Source of the DNA: a virus
Length of the DNA stretch: 64,000 nt
Direction: 5' to 3' (one strand)
Virus record (IMG/VR): IMGVR_UViG_3300028827_000129
Location: 32,001 to 96,000 of that record
Shown: positions 19,099-28,744 of the stretch, one piece after another
Position numbering within the stretch: the stretch's first letter is position 1
Layout: each line of letters opens with the position of its first letter
Program-made: the position numbers and the translations under genes
The notes under the pieces: generated by a model
Told to the model about the DNA's origin: nothing
Database searches by the model: none
Seen by the model: only the letters and a program-made list of their open reading frames with translations

Positions 19099-19455
19099 TT
19101 AAAGAATTTCTTTGGCAAATTTTTCCCATAGTTTATGTACAGTTCTTCTTGCTGGTGAATACTCAGTTTCGCCTATTTGTACAGTAAAACTTGCATATGG
19201 GTGATTTGCTATCCACAAATTGATATTATCAAGTTTTACAGTATATTTATTTTCTTTAACGAAAGGATAAAACTGCATCTTTCGTAACAACATTTTATCT
19301 ATTTGTGAATTATAAGGATAAAGTCGAATCCAATATTTTGGATTAAATAATACCCATATATAGTCAATAATGCGTTTTTGCAAACGCATACATCCAGCCA
19401 ATATAGCAAGACGAACTTTTAAAAACAAAAATGCTATAATGGCTTTGACTCTCAT
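19099..19455 (-). CDS. Hypothetical protein
   Basis: 118-aa ORF. Confidence 0.55.
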   Translation of the reverse strand: MRVKAIIAFLFLKVRLAILAGCMRLQKRIIDYIWVLFNPKYWIRLYPYNSQIDKMLLRKMQFYPFVKENKYTVKLDNINLWIANHPYASFTVQIGETEYSPARRTVHKLWEKFAKEIL

Positions 19456-19768
19456 TATAATTTCCTTAGCCCTATTCTAATTCCCATTTTTTAGGTAGGT
19501 TCTGTTTTTGCATCAATTCTTTCATTTCTTTTTGTAATCTTTCTACTGTATAATTCTCCCAAGGGAAATTACATAGCGGAGGTATTACTTCATAAGATAA
19601 AGGATTTACTTTTCTTCTAACAACCCTCGATCGTTTGAAATATGCACAACTTACTGTGCATACACCATTATTAGCAGGGATAAAACAAAATTTTCTTATG
19701 AACCTCTTTTCCAATTTCAACATTTTTGTCACTGCTGAAAACTTATCCATTTTCAACCAAAAATTTAC

Positions 19769-19975
19769 TTAAATAATATTCGCCTTACGCCAGAAAGTAT
19801 TAGCGTCTTCAGGTCCATACGCAAAAAGAACACTAAGATATGTTATAATAATACCAAAATAGATTGTTGGTGTAAAAATAGCACGCCATATGATTTGATA
19901 CCATGGAGCAAGTATATTGTTTGAAGTGCTAGGCCAGGATAACCATCTGAAAACACGATTAACCCAAGTGCCCAT
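19769..19975 (-). CDS. Small membrane protein
   Basis: 68 aa, one hydrophobic segment, GAGG RBS. Confidence 0.55.
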   Translation of the reverse strand: MGTWVNRVFRWLSWPSTSNNILAPWYQIIWRAIFTPTIYFGIIITYLSVLFAYGPEDANTFWRKANII

Positions 19976-19990
19976 ACTATTCCTCTTTTT

Positions 19991-20389
19991 CTAAGACGCC
20001 TCAACATCAACATATTCAGTCTTCGGCATATATGGGAAAGTAATAAACACCCGAGAGTTACTGTTTGTATAACATACGCCATTCGGTTTTCTGAATACTC
20101 GACCATTGACGTCATAAGCGCGACCATTGACTTCTTTGAACACTCGTGAACAGCGTTTGTTTTGCCATACGCCTTCAGAGACTTGCTCCCATTCATTATC
20201 TTCTCCGGTCAATGGCCGTACAGGTAGCCGGCGGAACAGGCGATTGAGAATATTAGCCGCATACGAAGCAGAGACCCCGCTGTGCCTTTCATTACTAAAC
20301 TCTTGGCACATGTGGACAAGGTGCTTATACATTGCTTCGTTTATATCATCTCCATCCTTTAAGAACTCTAGTTTTTTTTGCCCATTCAA
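19991..20389 (-). CDS. Hypothetical phage protein
   Basis: HSG.SA, PLTGEDNEW, QNKRCSRVFK, ITFPY.P. Confidence 0.65.
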   Translation of the reverse strand: MNGQKKLEFLKDGDDINEAMYKHLVHMCQEFSNERHSGVSASYAANILNRLFRRLPVRPLTGEDNEWEQVSEGVWQNKRCSRVFKEVNGRAYDVNGRVFRKPNGVCYTNSNSRVFITFPYMPKTEYVDVEAS

Positions 20390-20437
20390 TAAACGTATTC
20401 ATATCCTTACCTCCAACTATTAAGTTTTTCTTATGAG

Positions 20438-20695
20438 TTACTCGGTATTCTTCGCCGTTTCCCGCTCATCGGTGAACTCTTCAAAGAATAAAGTCCGCCG
20501 ACACAAGCTAAGCTGCATCACAGACGGCGTACTTATCTGGACATTAGGAGTCAATTCCCCGAACATTGGGCACCAGTCGCCGCAAGAACAAGGCGGCTCT
20601 GACAGATGAAAGACGACATAAGGACAGAATTGCACCTGCCATCTCCCTGCACGCAGAATGTGTAAACTTCCTTGTTTATCAATCCTTCCTTTCAC
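20438..20695 (-). CDS. Hypothetical Cys-containing protein
   Basis: QFCPY...CGDWCPMF; AAGGAG RBS. Confidence 0.55.
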   Translation of the reverse strand: MKGRIDKQGSLHILRAGRWQVQFCPYVVFHLSEPPCSCGDWCPMFGELTPNVQISTPSVMQLSLCRRTLFFEEFTDERETAKNTE

Positions 20696-21149
20696 GTCTT
20701 TTATCTCCTTAGATCATAGTTCCACAAATTTCGCAGATTTCTTCTCGTTCTGTAGTTCATATGGGCGTAAATTGTGAGATTTCATAGATCTTTCCAGAAA
20801 AAATAAAATGTTAGCATAAACCAGGCATTGCCGATGATAAAAGCGGCATCAATTGATATGTCCTTACCAGTTTCAATTGATCCTATGCAAGTGCCAACAT
20901 TCCAGATGATGCCCATGAAGAGGGATCCTAACTTAGGCCAGTTCATTCAGGTACCTCCTTACTGCCCCGTACCAGTGGGTTTGTCTACCTTCGGTTCACG
21001 ATAGCCACAGAAAGGACACTGCCATCGATAAATTTGTTTGTTATAAGTTTTACCGCAGACTTGACAGCGAACAGCTGCATCATTTGGCATAATTAAGCCT
21101 CCTATTTGTTATAGTAGCGGCAATATGCCATAGAGATATTAGCAAATTA

Positions 21150-21237
21150 TGGTGCCCGGGGCGGGAGTCGAACCCGCACGGCTACTAGAGCCAGGGGATT
21201 TTAAGTCCCCTACGTCTACCAGTTCCATCACCCGGGC
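21150..21237 (-). tRNA. tRNA-Leu(UAA)
   Basis: Type II cloverleaf, CT-TAA-AA loop, CCA. Confidence 0.95.
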
Positions 21238-21268
21238 ATTATTATTTAAAGTCCTACCAGAAGCTCTC

Positions 21269-21345
21269 TGGCGCGCCTGCAGGGATTCGAACCCCGGACC
21301 CGCTGCTTAGAAGGCAGCTGCTCTATCCAGCTGAGCTACAGGCGC
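21269..21345 (-). tRNA. tRNA-Arg(UCU)
   Basis: Cloverleaf, CT-TCT-AA loop, CCA. Confidence 0.95.
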
Positions 21346-21371
21346 GTAAAGTGCTTTATGTCGCTATATCG

Positions 21372-22388
21372 TTAAAAGAGTTTTTTCTTAATTTTATCTG
21401 TCACATCATTATAGTTGGATAGAAAATCTCCAGTAGAATAGATTGTTTTTTTGATGATGTCAATTTCTTCCGGTGCGAATGTTAAGACTTTATCTTTTAT
21501 TAAAAGACTTATGCTTTTAATAAATTCTTGATCTTCTTCTGGAATAGCAACTATTTCATATTTATTGAGGATAATACTTTTTTGATTCTTAGAATTAATA
21601 ACTAACACCTCATGATTACTTAAATTATGAACTTCTGATCCTGGTCCTGCTATAACGATAGTATTCCTTCCGACTTTAATCTTTGATTTTTTACCGCATA
21701 TAATTACAGAACCTTGAATATCTCCTATTATTTTTGATTTATCTCCACAGTTAATAAACATTTTATATATATTTATTCCAGGATTGGTAGCAATTTCCAA
21801 TGAAGAATCACAGATGATAGAAATATCTTTAAGAAAATATTTGAATTGACCATATGATTTTGCATCTACAAAGACTTTACCAGAGCCTTTAATAACGATA
21901 TTTGTACTGCCATTAATCTTAATGTTAGCATTATCAGCAACATTAGCTGTTGAATTTTCTCCAAGTTTAATATAACAATCTTTTTTGCATTTTACATTAC
22001 TATTTTCTGCTACATCAATACGACATCTATTGCCGGCAATTACTGTTGAGAATCTGCTCGCATGAATAAAACAATCATTTTCTACTGAAAAAATGCAATT
22101 TGAAGGAAATGAGTAAAAAGCACAGTTATGCCTTGCTTTTATATTTAGATTTGAATCTTGTAAATTATCTTTATATTTCCATTCAATAAAAATTGGGGTA
22201 TTAATAATGTAGTCTATTATTAATGTCATTGGAGAGTCATGAAATTTTACATGTTTTTTTAGCATATAGCCGGCATCAAGCAGATTTTTGAATAATTCTT
22301 GATCTGTAAATTCTTGATTAAAATTGATATTTTCTTTATTATATGTGTAAACTTTAAAAAAGTTTCTGGGCTTACCCAGATTAAACAT
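21372..22388 (-). CDS. Hypothetical protein with short beta-helix-like repeats
   Basis: Recurring 8-aa units (IAGNRCRI, VAENSNVK, LGENSTAN, CGKKSKIK). Confidence 0.65.
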   Translation of the reverse strand: MFNLGKPRNFFKVYTYNKENINFNQEFTDQELFKNLLDAGYMLKKHVKFHDSPMTLIIDYIINTPIFIEWKYKDNLQDSNLNIKARHNCAFYSFPSNCIFSVENDCFIHASRFSTVIAGNRCRIDVAENSNVKCKKDCYIKLGENSTANVADNANIKINGSTNIVIKGSGKVFVDAKSYGQFKYFLKDISIICDSSLEIATNPGINIYKMFINCGDKSKIIGDIQGSVIICGKKSKIKVGRNTIVIAGPGSEVHNLSNHEVLVINSKNQKSIILNKYEIVAIPEEDQEFIKSISLLIKDKVLTFAPEEIDIIKKTIYSTGDFLSNYNDVTDKIKKKLF

Positions 22389-22402
22389 AGTACCTCCAAT
22401 TT

Positions 22403-22489
22403 TGGTGCCGGAGGAGGGAGTTGAACCCTCACGGAGTTACCTCCACCGGATTTTGAGTCCGGCGCGTCTGCCTATTCCACCACTCCGGC
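22403..22489 (-). tRNA. tRNA-Leu(CAA)
   Basis: Type II cloverleaf, CT-CAA-AA loop, CCA. Confidence 0.95.
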
Positions 22490-22520
22490 TAAATTTGCAA
22501 GTAGAAGATTTGTCTATTTT

Positions 22521-22961
22521 TTATTTCAAAGTAACACATGTGATAAATGGAAAATTCAGAGAGTCTATTATTTGCTCTATAATTTTCCAGTTACCACCTG
22601 CGAGACCAGCTCCTATCCTAGGAATCCCAATTTTTAAATTGCCAAAGCATTCCTTAACTAAAAACATTGAAAATTTAATTGCTTGATAATCTACTTGTTT
22701 GGTTCTACGACCATAAAAATATTGAGTGTACGCATTAATTATGAACTTATCGTTTGCTAATTTTGCAACACTTATTGTTCCAAGTTTTGTACGGTCGCCA
22801 TATGAAGTTTTCAAATCAACTTCATAAGCTTGAGGATACCGCTTTTTAATTTGTAAAGCGATACCAGCGCCCATTTTATGAAAACAATTGCATCCATGAA
22901 CAATAACATTAAAATAACCACTGTCAAAAAGATCAAGCAAATTGCCTTTAAGATAATTCAT
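22521..22961 (-). CDS. Macrodomain ADP-ribosylhydrolase (Appr-1-p processing family)
   Basis: Start at MNYLKGNLL; HGCNC...MGAGIA, NAYTQ, PRIGAGLAGGNW. Confidence 0.9.
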   Translation of the reverse strand: MNYLKGNLLDLFDSGYFNVIVHGCNCFHKMGAGIALQIKKRYPQAYEVDLKTSYGDRTKLGTISVAKLANDKFIINAYTQYFYGRRTKQVDYQAIKFSMFLVKECFGNLKIGIPRIGAGLAGGNWKIIEQIIDSLNFPFITCVTLK

Positions 22962-22997
22962 AATATGACTCTCATGGTTACATAGTGAAAACACGAG

Positions 22998-23071
22998 TGG
23001 CTGGCCCGCAGGGATTCGAACCCCGATCCCGAGAGTCAAAGTCTCGTGTCCTGCCATTGAACGACGGGCCA
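22998..23071 (-). tRNA. tRNA-Gln(UUG)
   Basis: Cloverleaf with U1-A72, CT-TTG-AC loop, CCA. Confidence 0.95.
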
Positions 23072-23099
23072 AAAAATGAAAAGCAAAAGAAGAATAAAT

Positions 23100-23476
23100 T
23101 CATACCAGACAGAGGCCAGATGTCTGGTATATTTTCTAATTACGACTCTGGCTGAAGGCCGACTTTCTTTAAAACACATAAAAAAAGATTATGGTTTAAA
23201 AGGAAGTCCCAAGGTAGGCTGAACTAAAAACCTATTTATCCCTCCTTGGCAAGGATAAAAGGTTAAGTGTCCTGCAACATATCCAGGATATGGGGTCTGC
23301 ACCTTTCGGTAACCCTTTCGCCAAGGTTTTTTTAGAGCTGATTCCACAACTACCTTTCGGTGGCTGTTTCATAATCAACCCTTAACCATGCTCTAATTTG
23401 CATTAGAGGTTAGGTCCTTGACTCCACCCACAGCCTACCTCAACATAGGTGAGTTTCGCAATCTGTGGGAATCAGC
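23100..23476 (-). ncRNA. Candidate structured RNA upstream of tRNA-Gln
   Basis: Several GNRA-capped hairpins and three long-range helices, no long ORF. Confidence 0.55.
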
Positions 23477-23850
23477 AAGCAGTAATAGAAAAATAAATAC
23501 TTGGGTACAGCTTACGGGGAAGCTCGGATGGATAACATAAAGAAGTCATTTACCTCCATCTATTTATTTTCATATAATCTTTTTTATTTCAAAAATGATT
23601 TATTGAGAGATTATATTATTTATTTTGCAGTAAATTTCTGATTATTTTTTTCTAGCTACGTCGGTTACCGCAAACAGTACACACCCATACTTCTGTTCCT
23701 GACTTCGACTTACCCTTATTATGGAGTCTCTTATATTTACCATAAACTTTGTCCTGATAAGAATGTTCGCAAGAACAGATAATAATTTTAGTAAGATTCT
23801 TAGACATAATTTCCTCCAAAGCTTTAAGTTAGTTTTTTAAATAATGTTCT

Positions 23851-24069
23851 TTATTTTATATTGTTATCTTCAATCTTAGCCCAATGTATTGTTATAAAAT
23901 CCATTAAAACATCATAGTCTGACATAAATTCATAATCAGCATGACGTTTTCTCATCATATTAACAATTTCATCAGCCAGCAATTTACGTGTAACACATTT
24001 ACCATTAGGTAATGGTTCTATAAATGTAACCACAGCATGTGGATTATAGTTATATTTATTCATATACAT
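23851..24069 (-). CDS. Hypothetical protein
   Basis: 72-aa ORF. Confidence 0.5.
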   Translation of the reverse strand: MYMNKYNYNPHAVVTFIEPLPNGKCVTRKLLADEIVNMMRKRHADYEFMSDYDVLMDFITIHWAKIEDNNIK

Positions 24070-24905
24070 TTACTCACTTTACGACAAATTTCAACCCAGC
24101 GGTAGTAGTTCTCCTTCGTCATTGGGAGGATAGGAAAGAACTCTTTGAACACAACTGTGCGCTCGCCAATATTATTGACGCGCTTTAGGGTTGAAGTGTT
24201 CCAGAAGTTCAGTGCTTCTTCCACAGATCTGTCCTCGATAAAGTGGGTTATTGGCAGCTGGCGTTTTGCAATAATATACTGCTGTGAGGTAAGGCAAAGG
24301 AATGCTAGTGGTGGGGAATTGTGAGGTGAAACAATAACCTGCGGAGAGTAACCGAAGTAATAGGTACCATTCACAGCCCTATTTGGGGCATAGATGTTGT
24401 AGTGCGGCTGGAGTTTTGCGCCACAAGCAGTTGTTGGCTTGAAAAATTCTTCCAGGCTGCTATAGAGGACAAACTTAACCGTCAGGCGGTGTTGGTAACG
24501 CCTTGCCAACTCAGTCAGGGCCATGTCACGAATGGCCAGAGCAGCCTCCTTTGACCGAGTGGCACACCACTTTAAGTATGGACTTTCATTGCGGCAGCAT
24601 TTCATTAGACTTGGTGACCTCTTTGGCGATTTCCAAATGGGAATGAGACAATACATACATTTTGTGTTTGAACAAGACTGCTCCCCGTGGAGCGCTACCT
24701 GTTTGAGACCATACTCGCATATTGCACAGTTCGCAGCAACATTGTGCCAATAGTTGAAACCAGGCCAGCGTAGCTTAGCTTTCCAAAGAGAACTGTCATG
24801 GCTCGGGTTATCTGCGAGCCAGTCCCACTGTGCGGCTGTAACAGCGAGGGCCACCTCCGGTTGACCTAAATGCATCTTAGGTTTACAACATTTAGGTCTT
24901 TGCAT
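24060..24905 (-). CDS. Cys-rich protein, paralogue A
   Basis: W.WLA...WPG, CAICEY, CMYC, SKEAALAIRDMAL. Confidence 0.75.
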   Translation of the reverse strand: MQRPKCCKPKMHLGQPEVALAVTAAQWDWLADNPSHDSSLWKAKLRWPGFNYWHNVAANCAICEYGLKQVALHGEQSCSNTKCMYCLIPIWKSPKRSPSLMKCCRNESPYLKWCATRSKEAALAIRDMALTELARRYQHRLTVKFVLYSSLEEFFKPTTACGAKLQPHYNIYAPNRAVNGTYYFGYSPQVIVSPHNSPPLAFLCLTSQQYIIAKRQLPITHFIEDRSVEEALNFWNTSTLKRVNNIGERTVVFKEFFPILPMTKENYYRWVEICRKVSKCI

Positions 24906-25710
24906 ATAGCGTCTCCTTGACTTTATTAATAAGCTTAATCAGCGCTGTGCAGTTGTTGTTTGTCAACGGCATGATTGGCAGAAATTCCTTGAAGATGAGC
25001 TCTTGCTCGTTAGCTTTGCGCTTGCGCCACTCGGCAGACTCCCAGAAGCTGAGCGCAGACGCGACATGCGAGTTAATTAAGAAGTGCGTGCAAGACAGCA
25101 CGCTACGTGCGATAGTATACTGCTGCGAGGTAAGGCACAGCCACGTAGAGGGATCGTGTAGCCGCCAACCGTAGATTGCTTGAACGCCATACCCGAAGTA
25201 GTAGGTACCATCGACTGCTCGATTGGGTGCATAGATCTCATAACTAGACTGGAGCATACGCCCCGCGTTTGTTATAGGCCTGTAAAGGCCTTCCTTAGCG
25301 GTGTAGCAAAACGACTTCAAAGCGAGGCGCTTCCAATGGTGCCGTACTAGCTCAGTGAGAGCCATGTCACGGATAGCTAGCGCAGCCTCTTTAGAGCGTG
25401 TAGTACACCACCGCTTATAGATGCTCTGCCCAACGAGGCACTTGTGGGTAGGCCATGCGCGCCAAGCTGGAATTAAACAATAGTAGCATTTTTGTCGACC
25501 TCCTTGGAGCTTGCCGTATTCGCAAAGTATGCAGGCTGAACGTATACCATAGCCCCAATAATTGAAGCCGGGCCAGCGTAACTTGACTTCTCTAGGTTCG
25601 GCGTTGTTTGAGTTGCTTGCGAGCCAGTTCCAGTGAGCAGCCATAGCAGCAAGAGCTACTTCTGGTTGGCTTAAATTCATTTTTGGTTTGCGACATTTAG
25701 GTTTTTTCAT
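24892..25710 (-). CDS. Cys-rich protein, paralogue B
   Basis: Start MKKPKC (GAGG RBS); full-length similarity to paralogue A. Confidence 0.75.
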   Translation of the reverse strand: MKKPKCRKPKMNLSQPEVALAAMAAHWNWLASNSNNAEPREVKLRWPGFNYWGYGIRSACILCEYGKLQGGRQKCYYCLIPAWRAWPTHKCLVGQSIYKRWCTTRSKEAALAIRDMALTELVRHHWKRLALKSFCYTAKEGLYRPITNAGRMLQSSYEIYAPNRAVDGTYYFGYGVQAIYGWRLHDPSTWLCLTSQQYTIARSVLSCTHFLINSHVASALSFWESAEWRKRKANEQELIFKEFLPIMPLTNNNCTALIKLINKVKETLYAKT

Positions 25711-25823
25711 GCGGTACCTCCGTGTAGTAGCTAAGTTAGTGGAACCGCTAGGGCTTAATTTCCTTATATCCAATAAGTCACTTAACAATTCGCTGCATAT
25801 CAACTTTCATTTCACTACAGTTT

Positions 25824-26066
25824 TTAATAGCGTTCTTTTCCTTTATCTTCTTTATTAATCTTGGCTATCTTTCCACCGCCGTCTTGCGCCCAGTAAGCCG
25901 CACACAAGCGATCAACTTGCCAAGTAACAGATGGGTCTACCTTAAGAACAATAACTGCTGTACGTGGTTCTCTGGCTTTCTCATGGGAAATCCCAAGAGA
26001 TACGCCAAAGAGAGCAATCAAACCGCCGACAATACCAGTAAAAATGATTATAAATAATTGTTGCAT
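25824..26066 (-). CDS. Small membrane-anchored protein
   Basis: N-terminal hydrophobic helix. Confidence 0.55.
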   Translation of the reverse strand: MQQLFIIIFTGIVGGLIALFGVSLGISHEKAREPRTAVIVLKVDPSVTWQVDRLCAAYWAQDGGGKIAKINKEDKGKERY

Positions 26067-26081
26067 AGTTTTAATTGGTAG

Positions 26082-26777
26082 TTATTCAAATGCACACGTA
26101 GATGAAGAAATCCTAATCCAATCTATTGCTTGTTTGTTGGGCATCTTGTCAGCGAGTTTGAATCCGGTTTCGGCCATGCGCTCAATACTGATCTGTCCAC
26201 GGCAGATGCCTTGCACAAGTAAGCCGAAGTCGCGGTCATAGTTAGGTAACATATAGTCGGATGGCTTGTAGGTAGCTCGGCTCCTGTCGATGCAGATAGC
26301 GTTTTGTCCGCTCCGGTATTTGATTGTAAGACCAATGCTGTAGTCGATAGCGGCTACATAAGCCTTCTTGGTATCAGTAAACGGAATTTCCAATTTGACG
26401 TTACGGCCATGTAAACTGCTGTACATTTCGTGTAGAACTTGATAAGCCAATCTAGAGATACTGGCTGCTGCCTCCGTGTCGTAAGAATCAAGCCATCTTC
26501 CGTAAGGTGAGTCTGGGTCTGTACATAAGGAGGTTTTACTATTAGCCCAGCGACCTAAAAGTGGGCACTTTAGGCACGTGTCGCCGTGGTGAACATCGTA
26601 CCAGCAACAGGCGCAATCCAATGGTATCTTGAGGTACTGCAGCATCGGCCACTTAGATTTGTCGGCAGCATGGTTCGTAGCGACCCACTCCCAGTGCTCA
26701 GCACAAACAAGTAAGGCAAGGCGCTTTGTAGGCTGCTTCGGCCAGGGTGCTCCAAGGAACTTCTTTGCGTCAAGCAT
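26082..26777 (-). CDS. Cys-rich protein, paralogue C (N-terminal domain shared)
   Basis: Start MLDAKK (GGAGG RBS); HWEWVA...WP, CACCWY, CLKC, SPYGRW...EAA. Confidence 0.7.
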   Translation of the reverse strand: MLDAKKFLGAPWPKQPTKRLALLVCAEHWEWVATNHAADKSKWPMLQYLKIPLDCACCWYDVHHGDTCLKCPLLGRWANSKTSLCTDPDSPYGRWLDSYDTEAAASISRLAYQVLHEMYSSLHGRNVKLEIPFTDTKKAYVAAIDYSIGLTIKYRSGQNAICIDRSRATYKPSDYMLPNYDRDFGLLVQGICRGQISIERMAETGFKLADKMPNKQAIDWIRISSSTCAFE

Positions 26778-26980
26778 CTTGGTCCTCCACATAGCGATTA
26801 TAAAACAAAGTTAACGCTTTTTGGTAATCAGTTTCATAATAAATTTCAGGATCTTTTTTTATGCGGTAACAATTCATTCATGAGGAATTGTCCCATACGA
26901 ACTTTATTTCTTATTTTGTTATCATAAAACCATTTCCGCATAACCGCATAATAGATATTAGCGTTTACCTTGTAAGACAT
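26770..26980 (-). pseudogene. Frameshifted paralogue of 27000-27233
   Basis: Removing one base from the A7 run (26854-26860) restores DPEIYYETDYQKALTLFYNRYVED, matching DSEIYDETDDDIAAMLFFIRYVDD. Confidence 0.7.
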
Positions 26981-26999
26981 ATTTTTCTCCTTGTTAAGT

Positions 27000-27233
27000 T
27001 CACCATATATCTTCACAAGGTATGTTATCGTCAAAATCATCTACGTAACGAATAAAAAACAACATTGCTGCAATATCATCATCAGTTTCGTCATATATTT
27101 CTGAGTCTGTTTTACTTTGTAACAGTTGATCTATAAGATATTGTCCTAAACGAAACTGTTTACGAAGATTCGAACTATCGTACCAAATACGTGCTGTTTC
27201 GTAAAAGTTATGATGTTTTACTTTTTCAGCCAT
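27000..27233 (-). CDS. Hypothetical protein (RxGQ motif)
   Basis: RLGQYL...EIY.ETD; AGGAG RBS. Confidence 0.65.
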   Translation of the reverse strand: MAEKVKHHNFYETARIWYDSSNLRKQFRLGQYLIDQLLQSKTDSEIYDETDDDIAAMLFFIRYVDDFDDNIPCEDIW

Positions 27234-27266
27234 TACAAACTCCTTTCGTAAAGTAGGTTAACCTTA

Positions 27267-27959
27267 TTATGGGCACCACATCCACCAACGACTACGATGC
27301 CCAGGATAATCGAGGCAAAACCATTTTGTATTTTCGAACTTACCGTATTCATAATTGTGCCAGTGACCAAAAAACCAAAGAGACGGTTTATATTTTTCTA
27401 ACACATAGCTTAAAGCTATTCTATTACCATCGTTTAGTTTTTCGGTAGAACCTGTGCCATATACCTCGAATTGCGTTGGGCAAGTATGAGACACAACAAC
27501 ATCGACTCGTTTATGAGAAAGCATTAATTCAAATTCTTTATTGGTTATGTTTTCTTCAAAAAACCAATCATGACCTGGCGTTCGTAGATCTTTGTCTACC
27601 GAACTTGCACCACCAGCAAATAAAACTATTCTGCCGTCTGGTAGTCTTAACGTAGAGCCACGAGAACCATGAAAGACCTGATTATACATTTCATGTATAT
27701 TGCCGTCTTGTATTAAGTGTGGCAATTCTTCATGATTCCCGTCGCACCAGTAAATTTTGCTATTGCCTGGTTTGATACCCTTCAAACGCCATTTACTTGT
27801 ATGCCCATACAAAACAGGAGCTTTTATCTCCATTTTGGGCCACCAGCCAAAATCTCCACACTGCAAAACAATATCAGGTTGTTTTTTGGAGATAAGCTGA
27901 TTTAATTTTCCCCATTCGCCGTGCAAGTCACCAACAACAAGAATGCTGGCTTTAGACAT
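27267..27959 (-). CDS. Calcineurin-like metallophosphoesterase
   Basis: GDLHG, GDFG, GNHE, SHTCP, FGHWH. Confidence 0.9.
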   Translation of the reverse strand: MSKASILVVGDLHGEWGKLNQLISKKQPDIVLQCGDFGWWPKMEIKAPVLYGHTSKWRLKGIKPGNSKIYWCDGNHEELPHLIQDGNIHEMYNQVFHGSRGSTLRLPDGRIVLFAGGASSVDKDLRTPGHDWFFEENITNKEFELMLSHKRVDVVVSHTCPTQFEVYGTGSTEKLNDGNRIALSYVLEKYKPSLWFFGHWHNYEYGKFENTKWFCLDYPGHRSRWWMWCP

Positions 27960-27972
27960 TGTTTAACTCCTT

Positions 27973-28383
27973 TTAGTTTATGGTAGGATTCTCGGGGTTA
28001 AAGCTTTCAAGAAGAGTATTGATATTATCAGAAATATTGAAAGCTTGTTTGATAGCTTCATAGATGGTTGCGTACACTAAGAATGTGTACGTATCGGCAT
28101 AGGCTTGATATGCTGATTCGTCTGGAAGGTTAGACTCTTGGTTATCTTTTATAGCCAAGAGAAGCGTACCCTTAGCCAACATAGTAGTTTCTTTACAGCC
28201 TTTATCAGCAAGGCGTTTTGTCTGCTCTACAGCTTCGTTATAAAATTCTTGTTCTGAGATATGATTAACACCTCGTTTGAGCAATTCGACACTAGCAGCT
28301 CGAAGACTTCGCTTTGCATATGCACGAGCTGTAGCTAGCATAGTCATATGAACCTTATGCTTGTCATTTCCAGACAATATCAT
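27973..28383 (-). CDS. Hypothetical protein
   Basis: 136 aa, AGGAG RBS. Confidence 0.6.
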   Translation of the reverse strand: MILSGNDKHKVHMTMLATARAYAKRSLRAASVELLKRGVNHISEQEFYNEAVEQTKRLADKGCKETTMLAKGTLLLAIKDNQESNLPDESAYQAYADTYTFLVYATIYEAIKQAFNISDNINTLLESFNPENPTIN

Positions 28384-28595
28384 AATTAACTCCTACTTAA
28401 TTAGTTTTTAAATATGCAGTAGAATCTGCTTTGGGAGTAGCTTTTTTACAGCAAATCGGGCAGGGTCTAACTCGCACTTTGAAGTCGGACAAACCGCCGT
28501 CTACAGCTAGCGTAGTGAAGAGTTCGCTCCCACATTTGTAACAAATAGCTTCAATTTCGATGCTAATCATGGATGCCTCCTAGTGAAAGCTGAGT

Positions 28596-28717
28596 TGGTG
28601 GAGCCGGCAGGACTTGAACCTGCATGAAGAGCCTCTGCCATAGAGGCATGGCTCTTCTGCCGAATTGAACGGCCAAGATCGCCAACCAATAGCGTTTGCC
28701 AGTTCCGCCACGGCTCC
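28596..28717 (-). ncRNA. Enlarged 122-nt tRNA-like RNA with CCA end
   Basis: GGAGCCG/CGGCTCC-A-CCA, Leu-type D loop GGAACTGGCAAAC, GCAGG-TTCAAGT-CCTGC; 17-nt anticodon loop and ~40-nt variable arm. Confidence 0.8.
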
Positions 28718-28744
28718 ATATTAAACATATCAGATAAAACTCTT

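Noticed and set aside
24060-26777. Diversity-generating retroelement
   Set aside because: No reverse transcriptase in the window, and paralogue differences are not confined to adenines
28596-28717. tmRNA
   Set aside because: 3' end resembles ssrA, but there is no G3-U70 pair, a full D arm is present and there is no room for a tag ORF
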